A DNA stretch of 64,000 nt from Rhina ancylostomus (GCA_030265395.1 JARFYF010000104.1:76344065-76408064), one strand, 5' to 3'; counted from the stretch's first letter, positions 37,523-51,575 are shown. The notes: generated by a model from the letters alone, not told the origin. Translations and numbers: made by a program.

Positions 37523-37632
37523 GACAAGAGACTGCAGATGCTGGAATCTGGAGCACAAATCAAACTGCTGGAGGAACCCAACAGTTCAGGCAGCATCTGG
37601 AGAGGGAAATGAACAGAGAATGTTTCAGATCA
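37523..37632 (-). mobile_element. Penelope-derived tail running into a gap
   Basis: acaagagactgcagatgctggaatctggagc..ctgctggaggaac..ggcagcatctg. Confidence 0.75.
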
Positions 37633-38729
37633 NNNNNNNNNNNNNNNNNNNNNNNNNNNNNNNNNNNNNNNNNNNNNNNNNNNNNNNNNNNNNNNNNNNN
37701 NNNNNNNNNNNNNNNNNNNNNNNNNNNNNNNNNNNNNNNNNNNNNNNNNNNNNNNNNNNNNNNNNNNNNNNNNNNNNNNNNNNNNNNNNNNNNNNNNNNN
37801 NNNNNNNNNNNNNNNNNNNNNNNNNNNNNNNNNNNNNNNNNNNNNNNNNNNNNNNNNNNNNNNNNNNNNNNNNNNNNNNNNNNNNNNNNNNNNNNNNNNN
37901 NNNNNNNNNNNNNNNNNNNNNNNNNNNNNNNNNNNNNNNNNNNNNNNNNNNNNNNNNNNNNNNNNNNNNNNNNNNNNNNNNNNNNNNNNNNNNNNNNNNN
38001 NNNNNNNNNNNNNNNNNNNNNNNNNNNNNNNNNNNNNNNNNNNNNNNNNNNNNNNNNNNNNNNNNNNNNNNNNNNNNNNNNNNNNNNNNNNNNNNNNNNN
38101 NNNNNNNNNNNNNNNNNNNNNNNNNNNNNNNNNNNNNNNNNNNNNNNNNNNNNNNNNNNNNNNNNNNNNNNNTGCTAGCTTGCTCTTCAATGACCTATTT
38201 CATCCAGATCTCCTCTGATATCTTATATTGTCAAAGCACTGTGATACTAATTTTCCCAAATTTTATTCCCTCTGGCTGAAGATTTTTTTAAGTGCTCAGT
38301 TGCTTTTAGTTGCTTTTCTTTTCTGAAATAATCTCTAGATACATTTTTAAAAGAAAAATACAATGAACAAGAAATAGATTTAACAGGAAAACATTGAGAA
38401 TATCAGAAAAAAATCAAAATATAAAGAAGTGGATGGTCTGTTTCTTTTAGAAGTCCATGGGTCAATGTTTAGAATCTTGATGAAAAATCAGCATTCAGAC
38501 TATCAGTAAATTGGATTTATTTACTGTCTTATCACTTCATCAGGACATCAGAAATTATTATTATTATACATGATGTTTAATTGCCATATTATTGCACAGG
38601 ATGGGATGATTGAACCAATAGTTCTTTGTCTGCCTTTAATTCATGTCAGTTCATAATATTCTATTGAAAGATTTCTCATACAGCTTGAAGTAAGAAGGAT
38701 TCATCTTTAATTGCCTTTAATAATTGGTC

Positions 38730-38811
38730 TACTTTTATTATTAGCCTGGTCTTGAAATATTGGTCTTGAAATTTATTTTACTTTTATTATTAGCCTGGTC
38801 TTGAAATATTG
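38730..38811. repeat. 33-bp direct duplication with a partly templated 16-nt spacer
   Basis: tacttttattattagcctggtcttgaaatattg at 38730-38762 and 38779-38811. Confidence 0.9.
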
Positions 38812-40054
38812 TCAGATAAATAGCTAATTTAAAATGAGAACCAAACTGTAAAACATCTGTGATTTTCAGTAATATATTGCCATAGATTAATATAGTATAA
38901 AATAATAACATTGTCCATAGGGTACATTGGTTTCACAGCTAAGGCTGTGGGATAAGGAGATTTGAGAGTCAGTGGAAACTATTAATTAATAGAGAGATGA
39001 GACCAAAGTAAAATATTGATGATCTACTTAATTGTTTTTTGGAAATCAAGATGACAAAACTTACCACAGAAAGTGGACACAACAAGCATAGCATGGTAAA
39101 TTGTACTTAGTCTGTGGAAATAATGTACACAATAGGCTGTTCCAGTAGTTCCTTGAGTGCCCATTTCTGAAAAACTTGTGGTGAGAGATCGAGAGCCCAG
39201 GGATATGTGGGCCCCAGTGTCCATTGATCAGTTAAATGTGTTGTATAAAGTGGCATCTTTCGATTAGTAAAGAGCAGTCTTTATTGACATGAATGGGTGA
39301 ATGGTTCATGGAGTTTGAAACCTTTACCACAGATAACAGACAACCTTTGAGCATAAACATTTACAAAAGTTGTGCTAGGCTTGGAAATAATATAAACTGT
39401 CTGCTCTTTCCATAATTCTAAAGAGGACAACTGCTGTGAATAATTTTATCATTAATAGTAATAAGTGGCTTCTGAGCAAAGTTCAGGCTATGTTGGCATG
39501 CAGAATGGCATGATTCATACAATTATTATATTTTGCTTCATGGAACTGCATTGTTGTGATGTTTCTAATGAAATCAGTTACAAAACTGAATTCAAAATGC
39601 TAAATGTAAAGCAAATTCATCATTCAGGGGAAATTGAGAGAAATTCTATTATTACAGTTAGGCAATTACTTGTAAGTATACATTTGATTGAATTTGTTGC
39701 AAGTTAGGAATACTAATATATAGGTTACCAACATTTAATATAATCTTAATCAGATAGGATGAACACATGTGGTTCATTGTAATGTTTTTAAAACTGAAAT
39801 AGTAACATGCCCATGGAGAAGACGCATGAATAGTAATATAAACAAACTTTTGTATATGTTAAGCTCCAATAGCCTCATTCTAAACTTTACCATTGTATCC
39901 TTTGCTTATAGTGATCATGTCATAACTTTCACTGATTAGTTAAAAAAAAGTGACAATAAGATGTAGACATATGTTAAAGAGTTATAATTATACATGAAAA
40001 TAATGACAACATTTGTATTGTGGTAGATGGCAAGCAATCAAAAAGGAAATTGGA

Positions 40055-40432
40055 TTGCATGGGACGTATGGCACAGAAACAGGCCATTTTGTCCATGCAG
40101 CATTTATGTTCCACACAAGCTTCCTTCAATATTCCTCAGCAACCCCCATTCTCTTTTCCCCTGTATTCATGTCTCGTCTCTCTTTAAGTATATCTCCACA
40201 ATTCGTTTCAATTACTTTATATTGTAGAGAGTTCCACATTCCTACCCACTCTTGCTAAAGAAATTTCTTCTGGATTTCTTGATGCCTATCTTACATCGAC
40301 AGCCTCTCATTATGCTTTTCCCCACTAGTGGAAATAGTATCTCTGTGTCCATTCTATCAAAACCCTTCATTATTTCAAAGACTTCTATTAGATCTCCTCT
40401 TAATCTTCTTTGCTCAGAAGAAAAATACCTAC
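40055..40432 (-). mobile_element. CR1 3' end
   Basis: RRLRGDLIEVFEIMKGFDRMD..LFPLVG..RRNFFS. Confidence 0.85.
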
Positions 40433-40832
40433 ACTGCTCAAAAGGCCAAAGATAAAATGGGCTGCTCATTCTCTAAGGGTTATTTTGGACTAGCTCCCAA
40501 TGTGAGTTTCAGCCTGATTGCATTTAATAAGCAGAAATGTGTGAATTGGAAACTCCGTCAAATCATATTTCACGAAGTGGAATATAGTAACATACAAGTA
40601 CCAACTAGTGTTACATAATATAAAATGACGTAGAGGAAACAACCAATAATGTTCCTTCTTTTGCTTGAGAAACTAAGAGGGCATGATCCATTTATTTTCC
40701 GGTTTGAAGATCCCTTTTAGTCGTCATCTTCTGATGCAATTGAACTTGCCTGAAATACCTTCTCTAATCTTCAGCTTTCTCCTTTAAATATATAGAGAGA
40801 AACAGTATATATAATTCCAAAATCCAGAAATT

Positions 40833-41130
40833 CATAGTTGTAGAGTTATAGAATTGTACAGCATAGAATCAGGTCATTCAGCCCAAATCATCCACGCTGA
40901 CCAGTCGGAATTCTTCTGTGTTAATTCCATCTCCCAGCACTTGGTCCATGGCATTCTATGCTTAAGCAATTCAAGTGCTCATTTAGACATTTCTTAAATG
41001 CTCTCAGCAACCCAGCTTCAACCACCCACTCAGGCAGTGCATTCCAGGTACTTACCACCCTCTGGGTAAAGGAGGTCCTTCTCATGTCCCCTCTAAATCT
41101 CTCCCCCTATACCCTAAATATATGACCCTA
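40833..41130 (-). mobile_element. CR1 3' end
   Basis: tcaggcagtgcattccagg..accaccctctgggtaaa..ccctctaaa. Confidence 0.75.
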
Positions 41131-42302
41131 CCCAAATTTATATATCAGTTTGTTAAAGACTTTAGGACTAAATACAATGTTAAAACATCCAGAATGAGTG
41201 AGCAATTACAATCCCGAAAATTAAGAAAAACCTTAAAATATGGCCTAAACTAGACACAGTTCCCTTTAAAAAGATGAAACAGTTCATATTTATATCATAT
41301 ATTTCCTGATCCTAGGATGTCGTACTGCCAAAATTAAATCAGATATTCTATGTTTTAACATATTGCAAGGGAGCTCCTACCATTTCAGGCAAGACTACCT
41401 CATTGAAAGAACACTTAGGTTTTGTTACACTTGCTTGCTTGCTCTGTGCCACAGAATTTTGCAGAGTGAAAAACCTATCCTGTTATATTCACCTTTCATT
41501 TAACTTTCTGCACCAGAATTCTCAACAGTCTCTTTCCCATACAGAGGTTTTTCTTTGTGATAAGATTAGTTCTTGCACTCTCACATCTTCCTCCACTTTT
41601 CACAGCAATTGAATTCTTTTAGTCTACCCTTTACAGCTCACCTGAATCTTCATCTCCTAAAGCTTTATTTTTACTGCAATCCAGAATAGGATAAAGAAAT
41701 ACCATTGACCTTTAGGGAGACTGTTTTCCCATGATTCTCTTATTTTACCTAGTATTGACCACTCTTCTCAAGATATTTTATTCCATGATGTTGGAGAAGA
41801 CACACAGAAATTCATTCAATCCACTTCTTCCCAGCATGTCTGTAATTTCATATGAAGCAGAAAATTACATGGGCTTCCTTCAATTTCTTGCACATTATTC
41901 ATTGCTTGCAATGTCCACTTCTCCATATTGGGAAGATATAATTCTGATATGATCATAAATGTAAGTAATATTTTCTGAATGTATGCTAGTGTAATCCTAT
42001 CTATTCAAAAACTCCTCTCATTCTTAACAGAATGTGTCTTCTCCACCAGTCTGGAATGGGTAGTACCTAACTTTCTTGCAGAAGCTGCAGAGACCTCTGG
42101 CCTGAACAACTCAGTTTCTATTTGTTGTCTATTCCTCTCTTTACCCTTTTATGTCATTGACTTGAACTTTGAAACTGTCTTATTTGCCCTTTGTTCCTTT
42201 CCATACCAGGACTGAACTTTACAGTTGATTCACCACCTTTTATGTCTTTCAGTATTGAAAAGAAGATTTGTTTTGGAGGAACCTAAATCCTTTATTTGTA
42301 GT

Positions 42303-42586
42303 CATGTAGCAGTTAGCATAACACTTAACAGCACCAGCGACCCAGGCTCAATTCTGGCCACTGTCTTTAAGGACCTTGTACGTTCTCCCTGTGTCTGCGT
42401 GGGTTTCCTCTGGGTGCTTCAGTTTTCTCCCACATTCCAAAAGATGTACGGGTTAGGAAGTTGTGGGCATGCTATGCTGGCGCTGGAAGCGTGGCGCCAC
42501 TTGTGGGCTGCCCCCAGAATGCTTTATGCAAAAGATACGTGTGTGTTTCGATGTACATGTGACTATTAAAGATATATTATCTTATT
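42303..42586 (+). mobile_element. V-domain SINE (tRNA-like head, V core, LINE-like tail)
   Basis: gttctccctgtgtctgcgtgggtttcctctgggtgcttcagttttctcccacattccaaa V core; ends gatgtacatgtgactattaaagatat. Confidence 0.8.
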
Positions 42587-42669
42587 TTGTTTCAAGATGC
42601 TTGGTCTTTGCCTGTTGTTCTCTGGTCCTTGTTTTGATCTGTTGTTTAATGAAACTGTCTTCTTCCTTT

Positions 42670-43955
42670 TCAGTTCTGATGAATGGTATCAGGCCAAATT
42701 TATCCTTCCTCTTTTAAGATTCAGATAATCCTGTGTTGTGCTGTATATGTCCAGCATTTCCTGTTCTAAATTCAGATTTCCAGCATTCTCTATTGTCTCC
42801 AGTAATTCCTTTGACAAAGCTGACTTTTTCAGATATATATCCAGCAATTAAATGTATTTTCATCATAAGGGAAGACCCTTACAACAAGGTCCATCATCTC
42901 CTTGGATGCCATGATCTTGGAAGAAAAAGGTTACATATGGAAAGAGAAATGCCACTTAAACTCGTCTTGATTTTTCATAGTCAATACTATTTCCAACAAA
43001 TTAATTTTAATTTCCAGGCAGAATATTTGTAAACCAGAAGGAAAGTAGTGTGGATGCTGGAAATCTGAGATAAAATTAGAAAGTGCCGGAAATCAGGCAA
43101 GGCAACATCTGTGGAGAGAAATAAACAGAGAACAATCCAGATTGATGATGTACCACCGTGAAAGTTCACCAACAAAAAACAAACTGCTGGAGAAACTCAA
43201 CAGGTTGAGCAGCATCTGTGGGGGAAAAGGCATTGTTGATGTTTCTGGTTGAGACCCTGCATCAGGGCTGAGAATGGAGAAGGAAGATAAAGAGGAGGAG
43301 GGGAGGGGTGAGAAATGGATCGGTAGGTGATAGGTGGACTGAGGAGGGGTGAGGGATGGTGGGCAGAAAGAGCTAGGTGAGGAAGGGGGAGGGGTGAAGC
43401 TGGGGAACGGAGGCTGGTAGGTGATGAGTTGGAGCAGACAAGGGGAAAAAGGCAGATGGAGCCAGGTGGGNNNNNNNNNNNNNNNNNNNNNNNNNNNNNN
43501 NNNNNNNNNNNNNNNNNNNNNNNNNNNNNNNNNNNNNNNNNNNNNNNNNNNNNNNNNNNNNNNNNNNNNNNNNNNNNNNNNNNNNNNNNNNNNNNNNNNN
43601 NNNNNNNNNNNNNNNNNNNNNNNNNNNNNNNNNNNNNNNNNTGTGGGTGGTAGGTGAATGGACTAGGAAGGGGAGGGGTACAAAATGGGTGGTGGGGACA
43701 CTGGAGTATGGGTCAGTGAGCAAAAATTGGAGCACAGAAGAATTGGAAGGAGAGAGAGGGGAGCACAGAAGGTAAGGGTTATCTGAAATTGGAAAATTCA
43801 ATGTTCATACCATTGGGTTGTGGACTACTCAGGTGGAACATGAAGTGTTGTTCTTCAGTTTATGTTGGGCCTCACCCTGACAGGAAAGAAATGGGAATGG
43901 GAAGGGGAGTGGAAATAACATGCAACCAGGAGCTTGGGATGGCCATTGCAGACAG
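42670..43955. mobile_element. Cluster of Penelope-derived pieces: plus tail 42670-42790, minus tails ~43045-43135 and 43170-43270, minus GIY-YIG C-terminal fragment ~43780-43955
   Basis: Minus 43780-43865 translates to LKNNTSCST/..EEQHFMFHLSSPQPNGMNIEFSNFR*, matching the 35.5-kb copy. Confidence 0.8.
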
Positions 43956-44140
43956 GTGAAAATTCACCAACCTTAAGTGTTAACCCTGATCATACTTGTG
44001 AATATTTTCTGGCCAATGTTGATCAATGAGATGAATTTACAGCTGTTGTTTACTAAAGATTCTCTCCTCAATTTTAAGGGAAAGATACGATTCTGCATTT
44101 GAGAATTTCAGGAGATAATGCCTTACTACAATTTCACCAA

Positions 44141-44520
44141 GTGTCATTTGTGGCTCCTTTGCTAAATATTTTGCCTCTGAATCAGGAGGTTCTGGTGAAA
44201 TTCATACTGGAGAATGAAGATCTCGGCTGACAGTCCAGTGAAGTACTGAAAGAGGTGCACAGTTTATAATTGAGACTCTTAACCAAGGACCTGTTTGCTG
44301 TCTTGAGTGGATATAAAAGATCACATGGGACTGTTTTGAACAAAGGGAGTTATCCTTAAACACCTGGCTAACATTACTAAAGTGGATTACTTGGTCAAGT
44401 ATGGGGCAGTTGCAGAGTGCAAAGTCTGCTAGGTTTCCCATTTGCAACTGCAACCACACTTTAAAAGTTTTTCACTCAGTGTGGAGCACTTTGAGATTTT
44501 CATATAGCGAAAGTAAATAC
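44141..44520 (+). mobile_element. Near full-length Deu-domain SINE
   Basis: Head gtgtcatttgtggctc..gcctctgaatcaggaggtt, core ggctgacagtccagtgaagtactgaa..gtggatataaaagatcacatgg, tail gagcactttgaga. Confidence 0.75.
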
Positions 44521-47154
44521 ACCACAAAAAGAATGACTTTTTTAAGGAGAGATTTAGGACTTGAAACTTGGATTAGTCACCATATCTAATAATGTCTTTG
44601 GAAACAAGAACCTCATACAGAGAAAAAAAATGATTGCTGTTTGACATTCAATAAGTTTATTTTCATCAAAAGGCCCTTGCCTNNNNNNNNNNNNNNNNNN
44701 NNNNNNNNNNNNNNNNNNNNNNNNNNNNNNNNNNNNNNNNNNNNNNNNNNNNNNNNNNNNNNNNNNNNNNNNNNNNNNNNNNAAAAGGCCCTGGCCTTGC
44801 CCCCCCCCCCCCCACCCCCACTACCCTCTCTGTTTTGGGTTTACAGAGATCTCAGGCTACTTTGAAGGATTTGAAAATAATTTCTAGCCAGTGAATTCCT
44901 GAGAAGTAAATTTGTTGCTGCAAAATTATTAAACCCATTGCTTCTCTCAATGGGAAACAGATGCTCAGGATCATTTAACATGCCTTGGGCTCTTCTTGCA
45001 TAGAAGTATCTATCTTTGATCTGAGAAAGTGTAAATTTATGCTTTGACTCACAATGCATTTAACTTGTATCTTTTCAATTTTAGATATAAACTGAACAAA
45101 CTGAAATGATAATGAATCAATACATGTTTAACTAACTCTCAGGCTCCTTGGATCTTTGTTTGTAGCCAAAGAGTTGTGATTGCACAGAACCAGATAACTT
45201 GTTTATTTATTTATATCCAGCACACATGCACCCCAAGCATACCCACTCTCACCACACTCCTCCCACCTCCCTCTGTCCCAGGCTCTTGTCCTTTTCCTTG
45301 GGAGTGGCAGCAAAGTTTGTGCATTCAGTTTGTGCAGGAAAACTGATATCTCATTGCTCTTTTTTTTGCTAGATTTTGTCATGTGTTGTTTAGAGAATTG
45401 CAGTAATTGGGGCAACACACGCTGGTGCTTCAAATGATTGTAAAATGTACTCTCATGTTAAATCAAATTGGTATTTCCATAACATCCTTTCATATTTATT
45501 TCTGTTGCTAGAAAGCTGTTTTACTCTTTAACTGTATAACTCCACAGCAACCAACTGATCCAATGCCAACAGTGCAGATGCTTTCGGTGAGATGAGACTG
45601 TTGGAAATATTACTGAGACTGATGAAAACACTTTGGTTTCATTTTGAACTCTAGTTGTTGATTCTGTATTCACTCATTTGGCAAAACCATTTGGTGACTT
45701 CAGTGGGCTTTTAATTTATGTGTTGCTGCACTTCATTCCTCTTGCTACTAAGCAATATGAATTTAAGATTTAAACACTTAAACGTGATGCAATGCATTCT
45801 AGTATATATTACTTAATAAAGGGCCATCTTCAGATTTTGGTACTTAATTCTGGATGTCAGATTTTGCTTTTCTTGCAATAATGAATGTGAATATAGAAGT
45901 AATGATTAGATATAGTTTCTCTTGCTTATTGGAAGGCTACCCATCTTTAAAATATGTCCTGCCATGGCTGATTTAAATGAAATGAGTTTTCTATTCTCCA
46001 GCTTATGAGTATATTTGTGCTAAAGATTTCCTGACTTCAAAATCAACAAAGATTCTGTTTTCTTTTATTTTTACCCTGCACAGACATGTTAGTTACATTT
46101 CAGAAACCTTTTTGCTTTGGCTACTTCAGCTCAGTTCAGCCCTACACTGTCTCACCTTATTTAACCTTCTATTGTCATCATGGTTAATTGTGGAAACATT
46201 TGAAAGGGAAAGAGGAAGAAATTGACAAGTGATGTGTCCAACCAGTGCACTATTTGAATACTTGGGGGAAGAATTTCAGGTGGCTATATACTACGTCTGA
46301 TCTCCTCCCAAGGATTGTTGGTAGTCAGAGTCAAAGTTGCCATCTGCTGGGTGTCAGGGCACACTCTTCAGTCTTCTAGATATGCTAATGAAGAGCCTAT
46401 GCCTGTTTTAGAAACACATATGTATTGTGTACATGTGTTGCAGACTAACCTGCAAGTCCCCAAAGGCAAGGGTTCCCAACTGGAGGTCAGCAGCTTACCA
46501 AAGTCCATAAGAAGGTGCCAAGGGGTCCACCAAAAATAGAAGAGAGTGGAATCTCTGTCTGGCTCCACAACAACATTGCGGTTGTTACCATGGTGCTCAC
46601 TTCCCTGCCATTCACCTCTTCCCTCTCCTGGGATCTGCCAAAAGGATGGGTTTACCTTCAAATTAGCTAAGTTTGAGAAGGCCCTGACCAATGAGCTGCA
46701 TTCAAACACACAGGTGCCATCAGCAGTCAGATTTTATGGAAATGAACCTCAATTTCTATTTGACTGCATGGAAATGAGCCTCAAAATGTACATTTAAAGT
46801 GACGGCAGCCTTTTTCTGGGAGAGTGTTTTAACCTCCTTCATCCCAAAACAAGGTTTCAATCTTGATTCTGTGTCAGGAGGTTAAAGATTAAGCAGAGGT
46901 CTGGTAGGAAAAGAAATAAAAAATTGCATTTTGTGCTCTCAGGGTAGATGACTTGAATAATATCACAGTTATCTTGTGGGCAGAAGGGTAGCCAGTGTCC
47001 ACAGTAAGGCTACAAAAACATCAGGCTAAACTACCAGTCAATCTAGTTTGGCAATGCTGCACTGCACAGCAAAAGTCTTTATTTTCTCTTGAACAGGTAA
47101 AAATCAAACTTACCGTTTCATCCAAGAGAAAGAACTTTTAACTTTGATCTTTTG

Positions 47155-48390
47155 GTTAGAATAGAAACATAAAAATCATAGAACAATATGAGCAAGGGGA
47201 GGTCGTTTGAGCCTGCTCTGCCATTCAGTCCAATTAAGACTGATCCACTTTCTCAATATCATATTCCTGCTCACTCTCCATTCCTCTTGATACTTTTTGT
47301 GTCTAGAAATCTATCCATCTCCTTCTTAATTATGTTCCATAAGTTTGCCTGAATTCAAAAGTTCACCATCTTCTGAAAGAAGAAATTCCTCATCTCAGTT
47401 TTAAATATCTAACCCAGTATCATAAGTCTGTGACCTCCAGTTTTATACCCCTCAGCCAGAGGAAGCATCATTCCTACAACCAGCCTGTCTAACCTTGTCA
47501 GAATTTTGCACATTTCAATGAGATCTCCTCTTATTTATCTAAACTCTAGTGAATAAAGCGTAGTTGACTTGGTGTCTCCTCATATGACAGAACAGCCATC
47601 CCAGGAATCAGTCCTGTTGCACTCCCTCTTTGGCAAGTATATAATTTCTTAGGTATTAATGAATGACTACATATTTATCCACACTATACTAAATCTGTTA
47701 TGTATTTGCCCACTTGTCCAAATTGCCTTGAAGCCGCTTTGAATGTTTGTCACAACACACAACCACGTCCCCCACCTCCAGTCTTCTGTCGTTAGCAAAC
47801 TTAAAAATATTACATTCAGTTCTTTCATCCAAATAATTGACGTGTGTTTATTCCGAAACTCTATTTCCAGTCTGTCATCCAATATTCAGTTCATGCCAGT
47901 ATATCACCCCCAATTCTATATGTTAGAAGTTTGCACACTGGGTTCTTAAGTCAGAATTCATCAAAGACCTTCTGAAAATCCAAGTACACTACATCCACTG
48001 GTTATCCATTATCTATTCTATGAGTAAAAAAACTTCAGTAGGTTTGTCAAAATCAATTCCCCTTTCATAAATCCATGTCAACACTGTCCATTCCATTGAT
48101 ATTTTCAAAATGTCCTGTTATCATATGCTTTATGATAGACTATAACATTTCCCTAATACCTAACTTGTCTGCAATTATCAACTTTCCATCTCGCTCTTTT
48201 TTTAAATAATGGGGTTACATTTGCCACTGTCCATCTGCAGGAACCATTTCAAAATNNNNNNNNNNNNNNNNNNNNNNNNNNNNNNNNNNNNNNNNNNNNN
48301 NNNNNNNNNNNNNNNNNNNNNNNNNNNNNNNNNNNNNNNNNNNNNNNNNNNNNNNCATCTGCAGGAACCATTTCAAAATCTATAGAAATT
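47155..48390 (-). mobile_element. CR1 LINE remnant
   Basis: (atagaaac) 3' tail, aatgagatctcctct, aaagaccttctgaaaatccaagtacact (VYLDFQK motif on minus). Confidence 0.8.
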
Positions 48391-48734
48391 TTGCAATGGA
48401 GTTTCAGTGTGGCTCTTTGAATTTGATCTTGTTCCTATTGACTGCTATCAACTGAGGGCAGACCATCCTTGGAATATCCAAATCTTATAGGTATTTCAAT
48501 AAAGTAAATGGAGAAAGTCATAAATACTGGTTGATGAACAGGTACTCAGAGAGAAATATTATTTGGAAAGGTTAAGGTTGTCAATTCTTGGACAGGTCTT
48601 TGAGCTTAGAATGTGCTTAATACATCTAGTCAGTTGGACTACAATACATGACAAATGGTTTGTTCACAGATCTGGTGGTGAAAAATCAAGTTGTACATGA
48701 GACTCTTCCTCATGGGGTACCTTCCTCTTTAGAT

Positions 48735-49048
48735 AATACCTTCCAAACCCACGACTTCTACCAGCTAGAAGGATAAGGGCAGCAAAATCATGCCAATGCC
48801 ACCACGTGGAAGTTGCCCTCCAAGTCAGACACTATACTGACTTGGATATACATGGCTGTTCCTTCACCATCTTTGGGTCAAAGTCCTGAAACTCTTTCTC
48901 TAACAGCATTGTGGGTAAACCCACACCTCAAGATTTGCAGTGGTTGAAGAAGGCAGCTCGCTACAGCCTTCTCAAGGGCAACTAGGGATGCACAATTAAA
49001 TTCTGGCACACCATTCGAAGACCACATCCCTTCAATGAATATGAAAAA
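48735..49048 (+). mobile_element. CR1-superfamily LINE family B, 3' end
   Basis: aagttgccctccaagtc..ggtcaaagtcctgaaactc..gaaggcagctc..ccttctcaagggcaactagggatg. Confidence 0.7.
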
Positions 49049-49609
49049 ATCCTTGTGCACTACTAATTCAACATAGGACGAGGAAAGGTCTCTCCCCTAT
49101 AGGTTCCACCACTGCAGAGAATACATTGGAAATTAGGTAAGGTTGTTGCTGGGATGGGAAGGGTGGGATTCGTGGATGAGAAAGGCCTGGATTGTGGAGC
49201 AGATTTTAGGGGATTTGAAGGGTAGCAGTTGATACCAATCAGTAAGTAGAGTGCTTGGATCCCGTGGAAGGAAGAATTGGTGTGAGGTTGGCTAGTGGAG
49301 GTCAGGAGGGGAACTTGTGATTGTCAGTCCCATGGTGAAATCGGTACCTCGGGTGTTGGATTTGTGGTAGGTGGAGTTGGTCATCAGGAGGGTGGTCAAG
49401 GATATTGGGCACAATGTTTTTATTTAGAAGGAGATAAATTGGAACTTTTTTGATGCCTAAAATCTTCCCATAATGAGAAATAAATGTGTGTAAGTCAATA
49501 GCTATTGTATAAAATTATAAGAAATCTGTAATTAGTGAAAGTGACATAGAGATACAAGCTTACAAAAGGAAGATCCTCAGTTTATTCTGAGAGTTCTTAA
49601 GTAAACTCC

Positions 49610-49855
49610 TGGTGTGGTGGTTATGTTAATCCAGTAAATGTGAGTTCAAATCCCACAGTGACAATTGGAGAATTTAAATATGACTTTTCTAAAAATCAGC
49701 AAATTAAGCTATTTGTTCTTGTGAGAATCCAGCTGGTTCATTAATGCCCTTTATGGAAGAAAATCTCCCTCTAGTCCCAAATGTAAACCAATCAGTTATG
49801 CTAAGTTTTCTCAGGGGCAATAAATGCCAACAATAGTCATAACCTGAGAATGAAG
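49610..49855 (+). mobile_element. tRNA-derived SINE with family-B-like tail
   Basis: gtggttatgtt..gagttcaaatccc B-box..ctggttcattaatgcccttta..ggcaataaatgcc. Confidence 0.55.
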
Positions 49856-50299
49856 ATTTAAGTCTGATGTAACATTTGTAGATACATGTAAAAAAATTGC
49901 AGGACAATATGCAAATTAAATTTGGTTCAATATATTTAGTTATCTTTGAAGATTTGCAATACCACTTTCACAATTGCCACTGTCTATTTCATGTTATTTG
50001 TTTTCACCTCTCCTTAATCTTGTGTATGGTCTGCTCCTTTGCGTTTCATTGATATTACTTGAGACTTTACTTTCATACTTTGCTTCACTTTGTTTTATTT
50101 TAATGGATTCAATGCAGTTCACTTCAATTCACATTTAGTTAACTTGATGCTTCAGGATAGAATATTAAAATATTACTTCTCTATATCATCAAGGCAGGTC
50201 AGCAGATTAATTTCATTATTTTATCTTGAAAATGTAATCCCTTAATCTTCTATATTTAGAATAGAATTAGGAATTTGATGATCCTTGTTTGTGTCCATA

Positions 50300-51008
50300 T
50301 ACAGCAAGATCTGGACAACATTCAGGATGGCTGATAAAAGGGAAGTAATACTTGTTCCGTGCAGGTGTCAAACAATGACCAGCTCCAAAAAGAGACAGCC
50401 CTAACCAACCATATTTGACATTCAATGGCATTGCCATTGCTGTCTATTAACATTAACAACCTGTAGATTATATTGACTAGAAACATAAATGGACCAGCCA
50501 CATAGATACCATGGCTACAAGAGCAGGTCAGAAAATGGGTATCCTGTAGCCAGTGACTCCTCTCTTGCAAAATTTTCCATCATCTACTAAGTGAAAATCA
50601 GTTGAATGATGGATTGTTTTCCATTTCCCTGGATATATAGAATTCTAATCATAGTCAAGAACCTTGACAGAATCCTTGACAAAATGGTTTGTGCAAGTAG
50701 TACAACCTTAAACTTTCAGTCCTTCCACCACAAGAGTATCATTGCTGTATGCCTTGTACAAGATGCATTGCAACAACTCAGCAAGAATTCTTCACTGATG
50801 CTTCCCAAATTCATGACCCCAACAGCCAAAAAAACAAACGCCGAGTTCTTCTCCAAATCACAACGTCCTGACTTAGAAGTATTATTGCTGGATCAATATC
50901 TAGAAACCCCTTTTCTAACAGCTGTATGACATTTAAGAAGGTATCCCATCCTTTGCTTCCCAAGAATAATTGCATGTGATGCCCACATCCCAGAAATAAT
51001 TTTAAAAA
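50300..51008 (+). mobile_element. CR1-superfamily LINE family B, ORF end and 3' UTR
   Basis: ggctacaagagcaggtcaga..tacaagatgcattgcaacaactc..gatgcccacatccc. Confidence 0.7.
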
Positions 51009-51199
51009 GATGCAGTTCCAACATTAGTCCAGATCATTGTGGAATACATTCTGCCCGTTTGACTACCTGCCACTATCCGTCATCTCACTGTCACTGCTCT
51101 GCNNNNNCATTTGCCTTCAATTTCAACTTTAGCTAACAATGTGTTTTCAGGGATTTATAAAAATATCTTTAGAAATTCCATTCATATTAGATGGATAGA

Positions 51200-51575
51200 T
51201 TACCTTTCAGACCCCTAATAATCTTGATTCCCCCACACCCCCAATGCACACTCTCTTCTACAATCCTCTCCAGCTCTACAACCTCTACAATATTATCTGT
51301 GTTCCACCAATTCTGGCCTCTAAAGCATCGATGAATTTAAATGTTTTACTGGCAGGTGGGCCTTCAGCTTCCAGTGCTCTAAGCTTTAGAATTCTCTCCC
51401 CTGTTATCTTACCTCTCTTCTCTCTGCTCCTCCTCTAAGAGGTGCCTTACAATTACTTTTCTTGCCTTTCTTGGTACCTTTTCTATTGGTTCAGTGTCAA
51501 TTTTTGTTTGAATATGTTGCTGTGAAGCACTCTGGTATCTTTTGTTCCATTAAATACTGATTGTTGTTGCTGTAA
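51200..51575 (+). mobile_element. L2 LINE 3' end
   Basis: ctccagctctacaacc..gccttcagc..ctaagctttagaattc..gtgaagcactctgg..gttgttgctgt. Confidence 0.65.

Noticed and set aside
19116-40619. Isolated D-box 8-mers (19116, ~29779, ~30817, 40611)
   Set aside because: AT-rich 8-mers expected several times by chance, with little supporting context.
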